Of a stretch of 35,910 nucleotides of DNA, positions 1-12,722 are shown piece by piece. This DNA is from Basidiobolus meristosporus CBS 931.73 (lineage: Eukaryota > Fungi > Basidiobolomycota), in NCBI GenBank assembly GCA_002104905.1, contig MCFE01000795.1, positions 1-35,910 on the forward strand, read 5' to 3'. The translations under genes were made by a program, and so were the position numbers. Numbering within the stretch: position 1 is the stretch's first letter; every line of letters begins with the position of its first letter. Below the pieces are notes generated by a model. That model searched no databases. It had not been told where the DNA came from and saw nothing but the letters and a program-made list of their open reading frames with translations.

Positions 1-349
1 CTGGGTTCCCATCTTAGATTATATGGATCAGAAACATCTACAATTGGTACTCCCCCCCATACCCTTGAATCTTATATTTACACCTGATTAGCTTTACTCT
101 ATTGAAACAAACATTAGAGATGAAACAAAACATAAATTAGATTACTTATTAGAGAGGTTCTAGACTTTTTAATTGGCTTCTTTATTTGTACTTAGATTAG
201 TTCTTGACTCAGATAAAGATTTCACCAACTTGGTGACTTTCCCTCCCCTACCAACTGCCCTTTGCTACACACTCTTATATCAAAGCTACAACAGTAGTGC
301 TGGCTTCTTTGGCTCAACTGAGATAAAGATTTCACCTGTTAGTGACAGT

Positions 350-835
350 CTCCCTCCATAACTGGCTGCTTCATTATGTGTGTTAACATTCTCTAGGTAA
401 AAGCTAAATTGTAATATAAAGTTTGGATCAAAAGCAGCAACAGTGTGAGTTGAACTGCCCTGTGGAATGGTTTTCCAAGTCAATGATTTTACTGTTTCTC
501 CCTGACCATTTCATGTGTTGCTAATCAACATGTCAATGGGCTCTACATAGTCATTCACCTCCTTAGCAGCCTGCCAAACCAATGCTAACAAAACGGAGTC
601 ATTAATGGCTGCAGATTTGCCCCTGGCACTTCTTTCTTGATATTGCTGATAGTTTTGTCAAGAGCTCACTTCCCCTGCAAGCAACTATCACTAGTCCCAC
701 ACCGTGTTTTTCAAGCACCTATGCCATCTCTGGCCCAAGACCGCCCCAGGTAGCTCCGGTGATGGTCACAGTCTTCCCTTTGATGTCGGAGAACACTGCT
801 GCAACCTTGTTTCTTTTCCAAATTGGTGGGCCAGT
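350..835 (-). pseudogene. Short-chain dehydrogenase/reductase (retinol dehydrogenase-like) pseudogene, internally deleted
   Basis: Manual minus-strand translation gives NKVAAVFSDIKGKTVTITGATWGGLGPEMA*VLEKHGVGLVIVACR (TGxxxGLG Rossmann motif), then after frameshifts KTISNIKKEVPGANLQPL and QAAKEVNDYVEPIDMLISNT*. The C-terminal SDR motif WKTIPQGSSTHTVAAFDP follows almost immediately (ORF 286-483). Stops, frameshifts and a missing YxxxK region. Ends approximate. Confidence 0.7.
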
Positions 836-3132
836 TTGTATATCACAGCCTGAGTCAACAAGGCTCCATTAATGCATTTGGCTTGGGTTTCCCTTCATCA
901 CTGCTTTGACTGAGCTAGTCAGTGTTCGCCGCTTATTCAGCGTACTCATCCGCAACTGTGGTAGTGATTCGGTCTGCACAATGGGATAATAGTTGCATCT
1001 TTTGTCGCGGATGTTCCTTGATTTTGGGATTGGTGTTGAGGACCACGTAACCACTTGACTCGAAACCAATAGATTGCAATACAATGTATTCCGGTGTGAG
1101 AGAGGGTCGTACGCCATACCACACCGAAGCACGGACAAGCTCAGCAGCAAACATCACCATGGCAATACTACTACCTCAGTAATTTCATCTGTGCTTTGAG
1201 TCTGCTGCCAGGCTGGAGCCCTCAAACCTCCTAGAGATCGAAGCCAGAGGCCTAATACACAAGACCTCGATAATGGTGGCATTTAATCAACTGGAGTGTC
1301 ACGATAACTCAGAATCCTCCCCGCTAGAAGTATTTTGAATAACATCCCACTGTCAAACAGGTAGACCTGTCAATAACCATGATTCTCCAGCACTACCGCC
1401 AACACTGCGGATTGGCCTTTTGACTCCATCCACCCTGGAGTCCGCTTTGGCGGTGCACATCGCATGACTATGAAAGTGTGCAGCCAAGATAAAAGGTTGG
1501 CAGGGGAATCTGGCATGGCTCAACCAATCTGACTGTTTGGGGCTTGACCAGTTCTTTGTGTTATATTCAGCAAAATGAACTCCGGAAGAACGACCAGACA
1601 AAATTAGTCGTGATCCGCAAATGGCTGGAATTTCTGAGCTGCCTCTCGATCGCCCATTTTACTGGAATACATGGATGCTCTGGTCGTGGTGCCACACACT
1701 GATCCCAATTGGCCGAACCAAGCCAATGATAGCTCAGCATTCAACAGTTGTTGTAAGTGTACGGCAAGATTCCTTGCAGTGCTCCAACCCGATCCCACCG
1801 GGATAATCTTCCCAACACCCATCGGATCGATGTGGCAACCACCTACTGCTCAAGCACTCTGTGGTTTCGACTCTGCAACCTGATGGGAGCCGCCACATGA
1901 TGGATGCAACAAAAGCCCATGATTTTCGGGGTCATCGAATGCATACCTGCTTTCTGTGTAACGGGAGGGATGATGGGATGCTTTGGGAAGTGGCAAGCTG
2001 CACAGTGGGATCTTGAGAGCGGTCTGTTGAGGGCATATGGGCTGGGTAGCTTTGCAACCAATACTCGTCCGGCCGTCTTTCATTCGGACTCTTCTGGCCA
2101 GCCCTCTACAGCCATAACCGAGCATCGACCGACACGGTATTTAGATGCAAGCAGCACTACAAACACCAATCTGCCCTATCCCCATACACAATATATACCC
2201 GCATAACGTAGCGTACGCATGCCATACCCTAGGGGGCAGCACCATCAAGATTTCTGCATTGGATGTTGGATGGCTCGCTGAGATGTATATTCCACCACGG
2301 TCATTGGGGCATTTTGCGCAACCAGGCATCCATGACATCAACATTGGACCAAGTCATGTCGCCACTAGCCAATGAACATCCAATGGAAAGGATGAAAGAT
2401 CTCCAATGCGATACTTACATTTAGCCCGACCACTGTGCTGCAGTCTCTAATCCTGGTTGTACCACCCTCCGATCCTAGCGTCCACCCTTTGTAGATCCTA
2501 TTTACAGAAAGGATTGGTGGCCACCTCTGGCCTGCCCCTACCAACTTCCCCTGAAAACCTTCCTCCCACCTCCACCTTTCACATCGGCTTCCACCTATAG
2601 CACGCCCCATGATCCTGATACACGGCTCGTACAGTGCAAATGTGACCCGTACGCCATCCCCATTTCAGTTGGGCTGGGGTGAGCTTGGCCATGCGAGGCT
2701 CACGGTTGTGGCGAATGTGATGTGAAATCCCCCTCGCCACAACCACACTCGGGCACAGCTAGACCGGGCTGGGGAGACGTGATTCCCACCCCCTCTGTGA
2801 AGGCAGATCTGGTGGCGGCAATGTTGGTAGCAATTAGATCTTTATGGTTTCCGGGGTTTATAGTATTCATGGAGTTTGACCACACGCTATTTCCCAAAGA
2901 ACTGGCTGGGGATGGCTTCCCGTTGGCAGCATCGCCGTCCTCCAGGATTTCACGAGGTCTGGATGGTTGTTGGGGGAGGGGAAGATAAGGATAGGCCGGA
3001 TTTCACATCTCCTATTCACAAAACATGGGGATTTTGGGAAGGGAAGGGGAGGGAAAAGGCGAGGAAGGAAGTGGAGGTAGAGGGTAAACTAAGCAAACAA
3101 AAAGTCGGTGGGTTCGAACGATCGTACGCTCC

Positions 3133-4507
3133 TTAGAAGATGGGGATGTAGTTGTTGATTCTTTCCTTCTGCTGCTGTTGAATACATTCGGCGATCCAAA
3201 CGATATTGCGGATCTCCTGCTCCTTCAGCTTCAACCAAGAGTAGAATACTCCGTAGTGGAACTGTTGGTAGAATGCAAGCTTGTTGAGATGGACCTCGTA
3301 CTCGAAAAATTTGTCCTCCAATGTTTTCGACTGTCCCTGTAGCGAGTTGTCGAAGAATGGTCTATATTCGGAGAACACATCACATGCGACCTTGACCTGT
3401 TCGATATCATCGGCACGGGCTAGCTTGGCGCTGCCATCTGGATAGAGGCGTCCAAAGGTGGGGAATAAGTTGGCACGGTCGCTCTTGGAAAGTTCGGTGC
3501 CGAATGAGTTGATGGTGATGTTGATGCTTCGGCGGTCTGCTTCGAACTGGATCCAAAGTTAATGGGATGGATGCTGCAATGACCGAGTGCCTACCACATT
3601 ACCTGGAGAATCTCACCCATGATCTCAGCGGTGGTGGGACCCAGCGTAAGGCAGTAGTGATAGAAGTCTTCTAGGTATGCTTTGTAGAGAGTGTTTCTAA
3701 TGATCTCGATGTTCATCTCATTCAAATCGTTGGCAGACAGACATTCCTTGAAGTAGGGCGCTAGGAGACGAACGGGTCAATAAACGTCACACCGCTCGTT
3801 GGCCAGCTCATGACCTACCTAATGGAGTATCAACAATCACAGTGTTGTATAATTCAGATACGTTGGTAGCTACACAGAGTGCGGGCATGGAATCGAAGAC
3901 ACCCAGAGGATGGCATCTCTCAAGTAGCTCATGGGTGTCACGCTCGTGGAGGGTGCCGGTGATGAGCAAAATCACATTGTCAATCATGTAAGCGTATCTA
4001 CAAATATGCCAGGGACGAGGTGAGTTTTCAAAGGGGTCACGGGATAAGAAACCAAGTTTCCAACGTACGTCAGGTAATCCATGAATTTGGACAGAGGGGG
4101 TACAGCCTGGGTACGGACATATTCGAATTCCTGCACGAGCTTCTCTGTGCACTTCTCAGAGATAACCGAGGTGGCCAGAGGAGAAGCCTCGTTCTGGAGG
4201 AAATTGCCGTAGTCGGTGGAAGCCAATTGGAGCTTGAAATCTAAATTCAACCCAGACGAACGTCGGTTACTCTGCGTTGCAATAACCCAAACAACCAGGT
4301 AAGGTGCCATCACCTGACCATTGTTGGCCCCCATCTGGAGAGGAAAGCGGATACAAAGAGAAAGGAGAAAGTACCTTCCAAATTCTCACACTGGCTCAGG
4401 TTGAGGTACTGGGTACTGTTGAGAATACCCCCACGGAAGCCACGAACGATACCTTCTAGATAGCCATCTTCGACGTTGAAATAAGAGCTTTCAAGGGCGG
4501 TTTGCAT
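3133..4507 (-). CDS. VMA6: V-type proton ATPase V0 subunit d, 5 exons, 351 aa
   Basis: Exons 4507-4375, 4240-4069, 3997-3819, 3760-3603 and 3546-3133, all with GT-AG introns; total 1056 nt in frame. Motifs [48 protein letters not shown] and [15 protein letters not shown] are characteristic of Vma6/ATP6V0D. Confidence 0.97.
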
Positions 4508-6632
4508 GTTGAATGAGGACTAGGAGAGACAAGGAGTAGCTGAGTAGCAACTAGACACAAATAGAGAAAATGAGGAGATGCAGCGATTGGAAGAGAGAGA
4601 GAGAGTGGAGGGAATTGGGAAATCATACATCACCATCATAGAATTAATACCATTCTGCATTTCGCTCCATCATCATTTGTAATTAAAAGATGTATTATAC
4701 AATTAGCATATGTAACCATCGCAGATAATATTATCGTGTGTTAGGTATTCCCTTATGGCCCCCAGTAAGATCCCTGTTTTGGCTGTGTACCAATCACAAT
4801 GGGGGATTTGATATGAGGTACGCAGAAGCATCCAATCACTGCTGAGTATTGCCCAGGGGTCTCAACACCAAGGATAATTAAGTGAATTTCAAGTAGGTGA
4901 TTCAATTGGAATCGGCTATTGAAAGGCAATGGTTTCCCAATGCCACAAACCTCGGTTTGATCGTTCTATCTGCATACAGCATACCAATCGATATGGGCAT
5001 TGATTCAATTGCCACAATGTCCGGCATTACCAGACCACTACACAAACCTGTCGATGGGGCCTGGGCATTGGCTCGTTGCTGCAACTGCAAATTACCATCT
5101 GACTTCCAAGAAGGTCTCATGCACAAAATTAAGTGCCAGCGGGCCAGTGTTGACAGAAAACGAATTCACCTTAAATCAAATAAGCTTGTTTCTGGGTAAC
5201 TAGTGGTTGTTGTACAATGCTCCAATCTTCTCTACCACACGATTTGTATTGCCACTTTCAGGCGCTGTCCAATGATCTTGACCCATGCTATGGAGACCTA
5301 ATATCACTCAACTTGCACAACCAGCCACATACATCTTCTCCTGTCAAATCGGGCAATTCACTTCCCTTCCCTAAAAATCATCAGGATGCAGCGGGTGTTT
5401 GGCATTGGGAAATCTCGGTGATTTCAGCTCCTCTGCAGCGTGTGATTTCGCTGCTGCGTCGGAGCGTCGGCACAGCGTTTGATCATCACTCGCCCGCTTT
5501 CCTAGTTAAACATGCATGACTTGGTGGCTTGATTAGCCAAGACGAGGACTTAAGCGTTCGGAGGAATCCCCCCCCCGAATGGCAGAGATGCTAAACAGCG
5601 ATAATCCACCGGGAATTCCGGGGTTTGTCCCTATATTGGTAGGAGCCACTTTATATTGCGTTATGGCAGATCTCAGCTCTAGTCAGCCACGGGTGGTTTT
5701 CAGCCCAGTTGAAATATGCTGCTGCATGCACAGGTGGAGCCAATCTCACAATCAGCAGCCATAGAATTCCATAGGTGTGTGTGCGCTGGAGAGTTGGGGC
5801 TTTGGTAGGACCCTAGTACTGGTTGATGGGAGTGGTATGCTCTTATGAAAGCTGGAACACTGGTGCTTGCGGAGGCAAACAAACAGTGAGGCCAGCAGAT
5901 TTTCTGCTGGTGAGTTACAGTTTGGCCTTAAAGAGCTGTACAGTGGGTTCTGAGGTCCTGCCTTGCTGAAGCAGTAACGAGTCTAACCGAGAAGGCCTCC
6001 TCCTGGCTCATCTTGTGCGTATATGAGATGACAGGCCTACTGACCAACTCACATACTAGTCAGTGCCACGTACTGGTTAGTTTCAATCGACACTATTGAA
6101 TCGATGATGTATTTGTGGTAAGCATTTCAGCCTCATCAGATTGGATAACTCAGGCTTGAGAGTCATCTTCAAGACCAATCATGAACGGGAGCGATGTGGG
6201 TGCAATTGCTATTTCTGATTAGATATCGACCCTGCGATTGCTCCAAATCTCTCTCGAGCTTCGAAAATCCACTAGGAATGGAAGGGTGATAGAGCCGGGT
6301 GGGTCATGTGACGGATGGGTTTGACCCGACCCAGCTAATAATAGCGTGAGGCGAAGGGGATCATATCATCGACCGAGTGGAGATTTCGCGTAATATTTCG
6401 TGACAAGAAATCCCCTCTTGTCCGGGTATTTATACATCTTAGGGCGGATCCGGCTCTGAATTTGTTTGGTTTCTTTTCAAGTTACGTGATCCTCAGAGTC
6501 TCAGCGAACTATTGAACTGCCACTACTTGTACATTCTCGCGTTTTATTTTATCCAACCTACTCTTGGAACGGGTCATGAATTTTAACACCACCATTTTAC
6601 CCTTTCTCTCCAGGATATCCAATTCTTTACAC

Positions 6633-7544
6633 ATGTCTAGTGCCAAAGATCAGCAGGAAGACATGAAACTCCAGGAGAACGAAGAGGTTGAGGAGCAGAT
6701 CTCTCAGGAGGAGAATGATACAGAGGAGGGGGAGAAGGAGGAAGAGGAAAATATGGAAATGGCCGAGGAAGACACGGAAAAAGCTGAAGAAGTCGCAGAG
6801 GAGGATATGGAAGAGGCTGAGGAGGTCGTAGAGGAAGAAGAGGAGGCGATCGAAGAGAATTCGGAGGAGGAGGAAGAGGAAGAGGAGGAAGCTAAGGCGG
6901 AGGTGTACGTAGTGGAAAAAGTGGTCAACCACCGTAAACGCAAGGTGAGTCCAAGTCGTGCCCTGAATTGCTTTTTCGCTGTTGAAGTAATGCGCGCCCA
7001 ATAGGGAAAAACCCAATATCTGCTCAAATGGAAAGGATACCCAGAGGAGGAGAACACCTGGGAAGACGAGGAAAACCTCTTCTGCCACGAGTTGATCGAG
7101 AAATACCTTAAATCTAAGGAAACACCCAAAAAAACCAGAACCCCCAAATCGAAAGTTCGCTCAAACAAGAGGCGAAGGACTGAGAGCTCTGACGAAGAGA
7201 GTGTGGCGCCACAGGAGCAAAGCGCCGATGAGGAAGATTCCGAAGACTGGGAAAGCCTGGTGAAGGAAGTAGAGACAGTAGAGCGGGACGAATCAGACCA
7301 ACTGAAGGTCTACCTCATATGGTAAATATTTCGTGACGACGCACAACTTGGCCGACATCACTAACGCTACGCCGAAAGGAACAACGGCAAAAGAACTGTT
7401 CACGATGCCGAAGATGCCAACAAGAGATGTCCACAGAAGGTAACAATCGCAGCCCATATCACGCGACCACCGAGAGCCAAGTATTGACCATTTGAATAGG
7501 TGATCGCATTCTACGAGGCACATTTAAGATTCAAGGCAGCCTGA
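6633..7544 (+). CDS. swi6: HP1/Swi6-like heterochromatin protein (acidic N-terminus, chromodomain, chromoshadow domain), 4 exons, 244 aa
   Basis: Exons 6633-6944, 7005-7321, 7379-7439 and 7500-7544 with GT-AG introns; 735 nt in frame. Chromodomain [13 protein letters not shown]|[25 protein letters not shown]. Chromoshadow LKVYLIW|NNG...ANKRCPQK|[11 protein letters not shown]. Confidence 0.92.
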
Positions 7545-8823
7545 TACACCACTCCGCTTAGATGTTTGCAAACCGAAATCAAATCCTGGTTAACTCTTGA
7601 CTTAGTTCTCGATTTGCGTGGCAGCCCATTGTAATCAATATTAGTAAAGAATTTTGAATCGCACTTATTGGCCGGAGTCCCCGCACCGAATGTGTTACTT
7701 GTCACAATGAATACATTACTAAATACCTCATTTCGACCCTTGACGGTCCATGAAACAATGTCACATACCCAAACACTCGCCACCCCGCCCAAGCAGATGG
7801 TGGAGTTTGCGGTCAAGCACGTGGTGGCCCATGTGCAAGCCAGAGAATCCAGACTTTTCCCTAAACCAACGAGGCCGGGCAAATCATAGTCAATCAGAGG
7901 CCATCTCAATGATAACAACGTTTGAAGGGGAACTTGCCCAGCCTATGGAGCAGGAGGATTGGTGCAACATGGGGCACCGATTCCTTGTGGAGTGTTCCAA
8001 ACCAACCTCTTGCTGCCGCCAGTTGGTTGCGGACTGGCCTCAATTTAGGAATGCAACCAATACCTCCTATCGCTGCCAGGCCAATCCCAACCGTCGCTAG
8101 CACAGGGTGAAGGGTCCGGCAAAGAAATGATTGGGTGGCCAATCAAAAATAAACCTTGTAGAGACAGTGCTTGGATCTAGATGAATGGCTTTGCGTTCTG
8201 AACTGAAGGTTGCAAACCCCCTTTCGACACCCCTTTGCTGTGGCAAGCACGCTGGCGGTCGATGCGAATGGGCTCACGTCCGCCTCTGGTAGCTCTGGGG
8301 AGGTGTCGATGTCGAGGTGGACGTGCTACCTGTGCGAATGAGGAAGGACATGGGGCGAATCCAAGGGATTTGTTGGAATTGGCCCAGTTGCCTAATATGG
8401 TTTGGCTCGATAAACTTCCCTTGTGTCCCATTGCAAATTAAGAAGTTCGATGGATTTCGAGATATCATTTGAAATGTTTCAACAATTGTAAGTTGGTGTG
8501 GTTCTTCTGACTGGTCGGAAGGCCGATTTGGATTGGGAACGACTGGAAACCAGAAAAAAGGAAAAACTTTTTTTGGGCTCTTTCCAGGTCCGTACATGTT
8601 CCGGAATCCCCGTGCTCCGTCAAATCCCACGAGGCCGTTGTTTCCATCTTATATAAACCAAGTAAGGGCTGTTGGGGCGGCCATCTGTCTTCCTGATCTT
8701 TGTCCGTTTCCCATAGAAAAACTCTGGTAGTTTGGGGCCTCAGGTGTTCACCGCGCTTCTTCAATACCCTACAGCATTCGTCGTTGCCTTCACTCAACCA
8801 CACCCACCCACAATCCCCTGAGC

Positions 8824-9972
8824 ATGCACTCCCCACGAATTGAGATCCGCCTGCCCGAAAATCACTTGATCCTGCATGGCAGGCCTTCGGAATCCGCAGG
8901 CTGTGTGCTGCGTGGCTCCTTGGTCCTGAATCTTCCAAGCAGCCAAAGAATCAAAAAGATCTCCCTGAATTTCTCCGGGCGTGTGCGACTATCCTGGCCG
9001 GAAGGTAGTGTTCGAAGGACCCTCGCTTGTCTGCGGCTCGTTGCTAACCCATCTTCACCCATAGGTCAATGTGATTTTGTTCAACGCACACACAGCGTGA
9101 GGCGTACCGTGGTGGATCATACCTGGACTTTCTTAGACGCCACCAAGAAGTCGAAATCGTTGTCCAGCGGGCAGCATGTGTACGACTTCGAGCTCCCCTT
9201 GAGCGGGGACATCCCCGAAACGGTCAGAACTGAGCATGGCGCTATAGAGTACGAGCTCATCGCTCATGTGGAGCGACCCAAGTTCTATTCTAACTATTCG
9301 GCGTCCCGGGATGTGCTCATCAAGCGACAGGTTCCCTCCACCGCCACCGAGCTGATGCAGTCCGTGGTGATCGCTGACCATTGGGAGGAGAAGCTCGCTT
9401 ACGAGTTCTTTGTGCCCTGCAAGGCCTTCGGCGAGGGCGAGTCCATCACCGTGAGCTACCGGCTCCGCCCCTTGGTGGAGGGGTTGCAGGTGCAGCGTGT
9501 CAGTTGCGCCCTCAAAGAGTATGTTCGCTACGAGTCCAGCGACTCTTCCGCACATCGGATCAACTCCCATCAGATCTGCTTCGACGAGGACACCCAGCCG
9601 CGCAAGATCGCCGAACTCATCGAGAAGGAGACCACTGTCATTGTGCCGAAGGCTTTGGAGATGATCCAGTATGACTGCGAAACTGATCTGATCCAGATTC
9701 GACACAAGCTGAAGGCGCAGATTGAAGTGGTCGAGTCCGATGGTACGGTGACCAAGATCCTGGCCGCCATCCCCATATTGATTATCCCGGGGACCCTGGA
9801 GGACGCCCTGGACTGTCTACCTAGATACGAATTAGGCATCCCGTTGCCTGACTACGAGAGCATCGTAGCCGGCGCCGTCGCTAGACTCTCCCTTCTCCTG
9901 GAAGCCAGCGAGCTGCCGCCGACATATGAAGCCTTGAACGAGCCGGTCGCCCCAACCATCTCCACCTACTAG
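8824..9972 (+). CDS. Alpha-arrestin (Rod1/CreD-like Rsp5/Nedd4 adaptor), with a probable 60-nt in-frame intron at 9005-9064
   Basis: Arrestin_N (LRGSLVLNL..IKKISLNFSGRVRLSW, GQHVYDFELPLSGDIPETVRTEHGAIEYELIAHVERP) and Arrestin_C (WEEKLAYEFFVPCKAF, IQIRHKLK). C-terminal PY-type motifs LPRY, LPDY and PPTY. Intron signals: GTAGTG donor, GCTAAC branch point, TAG acceptor. Confidence 0.9.
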   Translation: MHSPRIEIRLPENHLILHGRPSESAGCVLRGSLVLNLPSSQRIKKISLNFSGRVRLSWPEGSVRRTLACLRLVANPSSPIGQCDFVQRTHSVRRTVVDHTWTFLDATKKSKSLSSGQHVYDFELPLSGDIPETVRTEHGAIEYELIAHVERPKFYSNYSASRDVLIKRQVPSTATELMQSVVIADHWEEKLAYEFFVPCKAFGEGESITVSYRLRPLVEGLQVQRVSCALKEYVRYESSDSSAHRINSHQICFDEDTQPRKIAELIEKETTVIVPKALEMIQYDCETDLIQIRHKLKAQIEVVESDGTVTKILAAIPILIIPGTLEDALDCLPRYELGIPLPDYESIVAGAVARLSLLLEASELPPTYEALNEPVAPTISTY

Positions 9973-10717
9973 GCCGAGCATTTCAAGACCCACCCCCTGC
10001 CCCCTACACACTCCGACGAACCCAATCAGCCATAGATTTCGGAGCACCAAGACAATCCATGATCCCAACCGCTCCAACCCCTCGAACCGATTATCTCTGT
10101 AAATTATAGAATCCCCAGTGTAAACCAGATATATATCTATTATGCATATCAATAAACCCTGCAATTCTTCCATCAGCCCCATCGAGTGGATGAGACCCGC
10201 TCCGCACCATGAATTCCCATGGGAGCCACAGTCCTGCGCCCAGCGGGCCGGCCATTCGCGGACTTTGCCCGGTTGCTGTTTGGGGGTATGGGTGTGGATG
10301 CGAGGGGATTTCTCCGATGCATATCCGGGCGAATACCCGCATTGGGTTTAAGCGAAAACCCATTTGGGGCCGCTAAATCATGCTCATCAAATAGCCATAA
10401 TAGTCCCAACGATCCAGCCGATCTCCCGTGCGAGTCACAGCCGGGGGATTACCATATTGCCGAGCCGCCGAAGCACCATCGTTGCAGAGACTCGATTCGA
10501 TGCGGTTCACTTTAACATAACGCCCACAGGATCAAACTGATGGCTCGGATTGAGATGGGCAGTGGGGCCGTGGTTGAAGTGGTGTTTATTCGTCTACTAT
10601 TTCACAAAACAGGAGCTCGAGGTAAGAGGGTACGCAGATTGATATGACTTGGGTTAAATAGTCTCTCCGGGACGGCCGTTTGAAGAATATGCTCGCCCCC
10701 GTTGCGGAGTGCGTTTC

Positions 10718-12722
10718 TCAGGTGGCCGCGTATTCTGGTCGGCCCTGCTCCTTGGTGAATGAGAATTTAATGGGATTGGGGAATTTTAGATTAAGCCATG
10801 ACGGCTTCTTTGTCAGTTGGCGACTCCCGGAGCGCTTATGGTCGGAGCTAGATTCACCTCCGCTCTGATGACTGCTCGAGTAGACCGAGCTGCTCGGTGG
10901 CGTTAGGTAGGTATTGCTGTGCTGCGGTAGTTCCTGGATGGGGCTCTCGGAGAGACTCCGTGGGGCGACATCGCGGTCAAAGAGGTCCTGGTGAGATTCC
11001 TGTTGAGTCGGGTCGGATTCTGTTCTCAATGGCCGAGAGAGATGTGCAGGCAAAGGAGAGATCTCGAAGTGGGTATCCAGCGGGATGACTTGAGCGTTTT
11101 CCTCTATCAGTCTACCTTCAAAGTGGGCTCTCAGAACTTGGTTGTAGCGCACTGGCTGTTCGACCATCACCATATGTCCACATCTCTCAAATGTAATTAG
11201 CGGACACTTCAAGGCCTTGCTTAACACCTTTCCGCACTGATGCCGAATTACCTGGTGGAGATGGGTTGTGAGCAAATCGGCTTAGGATACAAGCGCAACG
11301 CTGCTTCGAGTTCTTACTTTGTCCTTGGACCCGTGGATTACAATGGTTCGAACCTTCGAGCGCCGGATTGTTTTACACTCCTTGGGAGTCGTGTAGTGGA
11401 CCCAAGTTGAATGCATCTGTGACAACGACGCTTCTTTGGTTTGTGGCGGGGAGAGCTTGCTAAGCTCCTCCATGGCCTGTCGGGTACAAAGAAGGTTAGA
11501 TGGGCACCCGGTCTGACGGACGAACGAGCGAGCAAGCTAGCCTACCATTTGCATGAATTGGTAGTTTGTCACATCCACGCCCTTCTCTACATCCGCGTTC
11601 AACCATTGTTTGGGGAAACACAGCTTCAGCAGGGGATCGATTTGCTCGTCCCAAGGCTTATGGAAGGAGGTAAGAAAAAATTTGACTTCTGCCGGAGTGG
11701 GGATTAAATCGAAACTGGCATGGAATGTGCTGGTACACACGAGTGTGCTAAAGCGGTCAGGCTGTAGTGAGACCATCTTCTGCACGATCATTCCACCTGT
11801 GGTGTCAGTTCTTTGGGTTAGTACGGGTCCCTAGCATGCTCTAGCGAGGTGTGATGTTACCAAGGGAAACGCCCACCAGGTGGACATCCGACCCCCATCC
11901 AAGATGGTCCAATAGATCCAAAGCGTCCTCAGCCATCGCTTTTGTGCTAACAAAGTGAGACTGTCGATCAGTCGGCCCGTCAGGGAACAAACGCCAATCC
12001 TACCAACCTGTAAAACCCCTTTGGCGCGCTGCTGTTTCCTATCCCCCGATTGTCGAACACGCACACCTGATAATTCTCCAGCTTGCTGAAATACTCTGTC
12101 TATGACGGCGAGTCGGTGAGCAAAACGATAAAAGAGAGGTGGATTGTTGGCCCGTGGGACATACCTGGAGAAACCACGTAGCGCCGATTCCGTTGAGCCC
12201 CATGACCAACATCACTTTATACTGCGTACCACTGCCGAATACCGCGTAGCTTAGCTCGATCTTCTCTTTGGACCTTGTTTTGGCCACTTCACATTTGTCC
12301 CTTATCCTGGCTCCGCTTAGGAACTGATCTCGTTTGCTGCTCAATAGTTCTTGGATCTTCTCCACCTGACTTTCGAACTGCTTCTCCGACTCGGTGGAAA
12401 CTTCCGAGTCCTCGGTAGACCTCCTTTGGGGAGAGGGAGGGGGTGTTCCCTGGTTAGTGGGTGTGGTGGGGTGTTGTAACTCCGAAAATGGATTGTCGGA
12501 TTCGTGGTGGGGTGGTGGAGCAAGGGAGATGGTGCTATGAGTGCTAGATTCTTCTGAAGAATCGAGGTTTTCTTCCGAAGGGGAGTATGGGAATTCCGGT
12601 TCTACAGAAGGGGTAGGGACTTGAGGGTCATTGTAAGGCTGCGGGGTGCCCCCCGAAGAGGTGGCATTGTCAGTGTGTTGGCTTGAGTGCTTGTTTGACT
12701 TGAGTTTGGAAAAGAATTGCAT
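10718..12722 (-). CDS. Alpha/beta-fold hydrolase with long Ser/Pro/Glu-rich N- and C-terminal extensions, 6 exons, 559 aa
   Basis: Exons 12722-12165, 12099-12008, 11946-11861, 11796-11546, 11476-11318 and 11251-10718, all GT-AG; total 1680 nt in frame. Motifs VMLVMGL, FDNRGIGNS, nucleophile elbow GVSLG, acid HGSKD and catalytic His GHM. Confidence 0.88.

Noticed and set aside
211-358. Imperfect repeat AGATAAAGATTTCACC...CCCTCC at 211 and 321
   Set aside because: Only two degenerate units and no spacer array; not CRISPR, and the context is eukaryotic.
1353-2990. Many 60-100 aa ORFs on both strands
   Set aside because: No recognisable motif or consistent exon structure; cannot support a gene.
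4590-4606. (GA)n microsatellite upstream of VMA6
   Set aside because: Ordinary short pyrimidine tract of the 5' UTR/promoter on the minus strand.
4897-5882. Short ORFs and an 8-bp hairpin (CCAGCAGA-TTT-TCTGCTGG, just past this interval at ~5892-5910) in the VMA6-HP1 intergenic region
   Set aside because: No domain evidence; a hairpin of this size is expected by chance.
6564-6632. ORF-track N-terminal extension of HP1
   Set aside because: Starts at TTG and crosses a pyrimidine tract ending in CAG (probable UTR intron acceptor); ATG 6633 is the better start.
6627-7168. Antisense ORFs rich in F/L/S opposite the HP1 gene
   Set aside because: Shadow of the GAR-rich poly-Glu coding strand.
6633-7544. 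Functional link between the HP1 gene and the nearby heterochromatin-like block
   Set aside because: Proximity alone is not evidence; HP1 acts in trans.
7511-8630. Overlapping ORFs between HP1 and the arrestin
   Set aside because: No recognisable homology; likely UTR or promoter sequence.
9133-9839. Overlapping ORFs within the arrestin gene
   Set aside because: Alternative-frame and antisense shadows of GC3-rich coding sequence.
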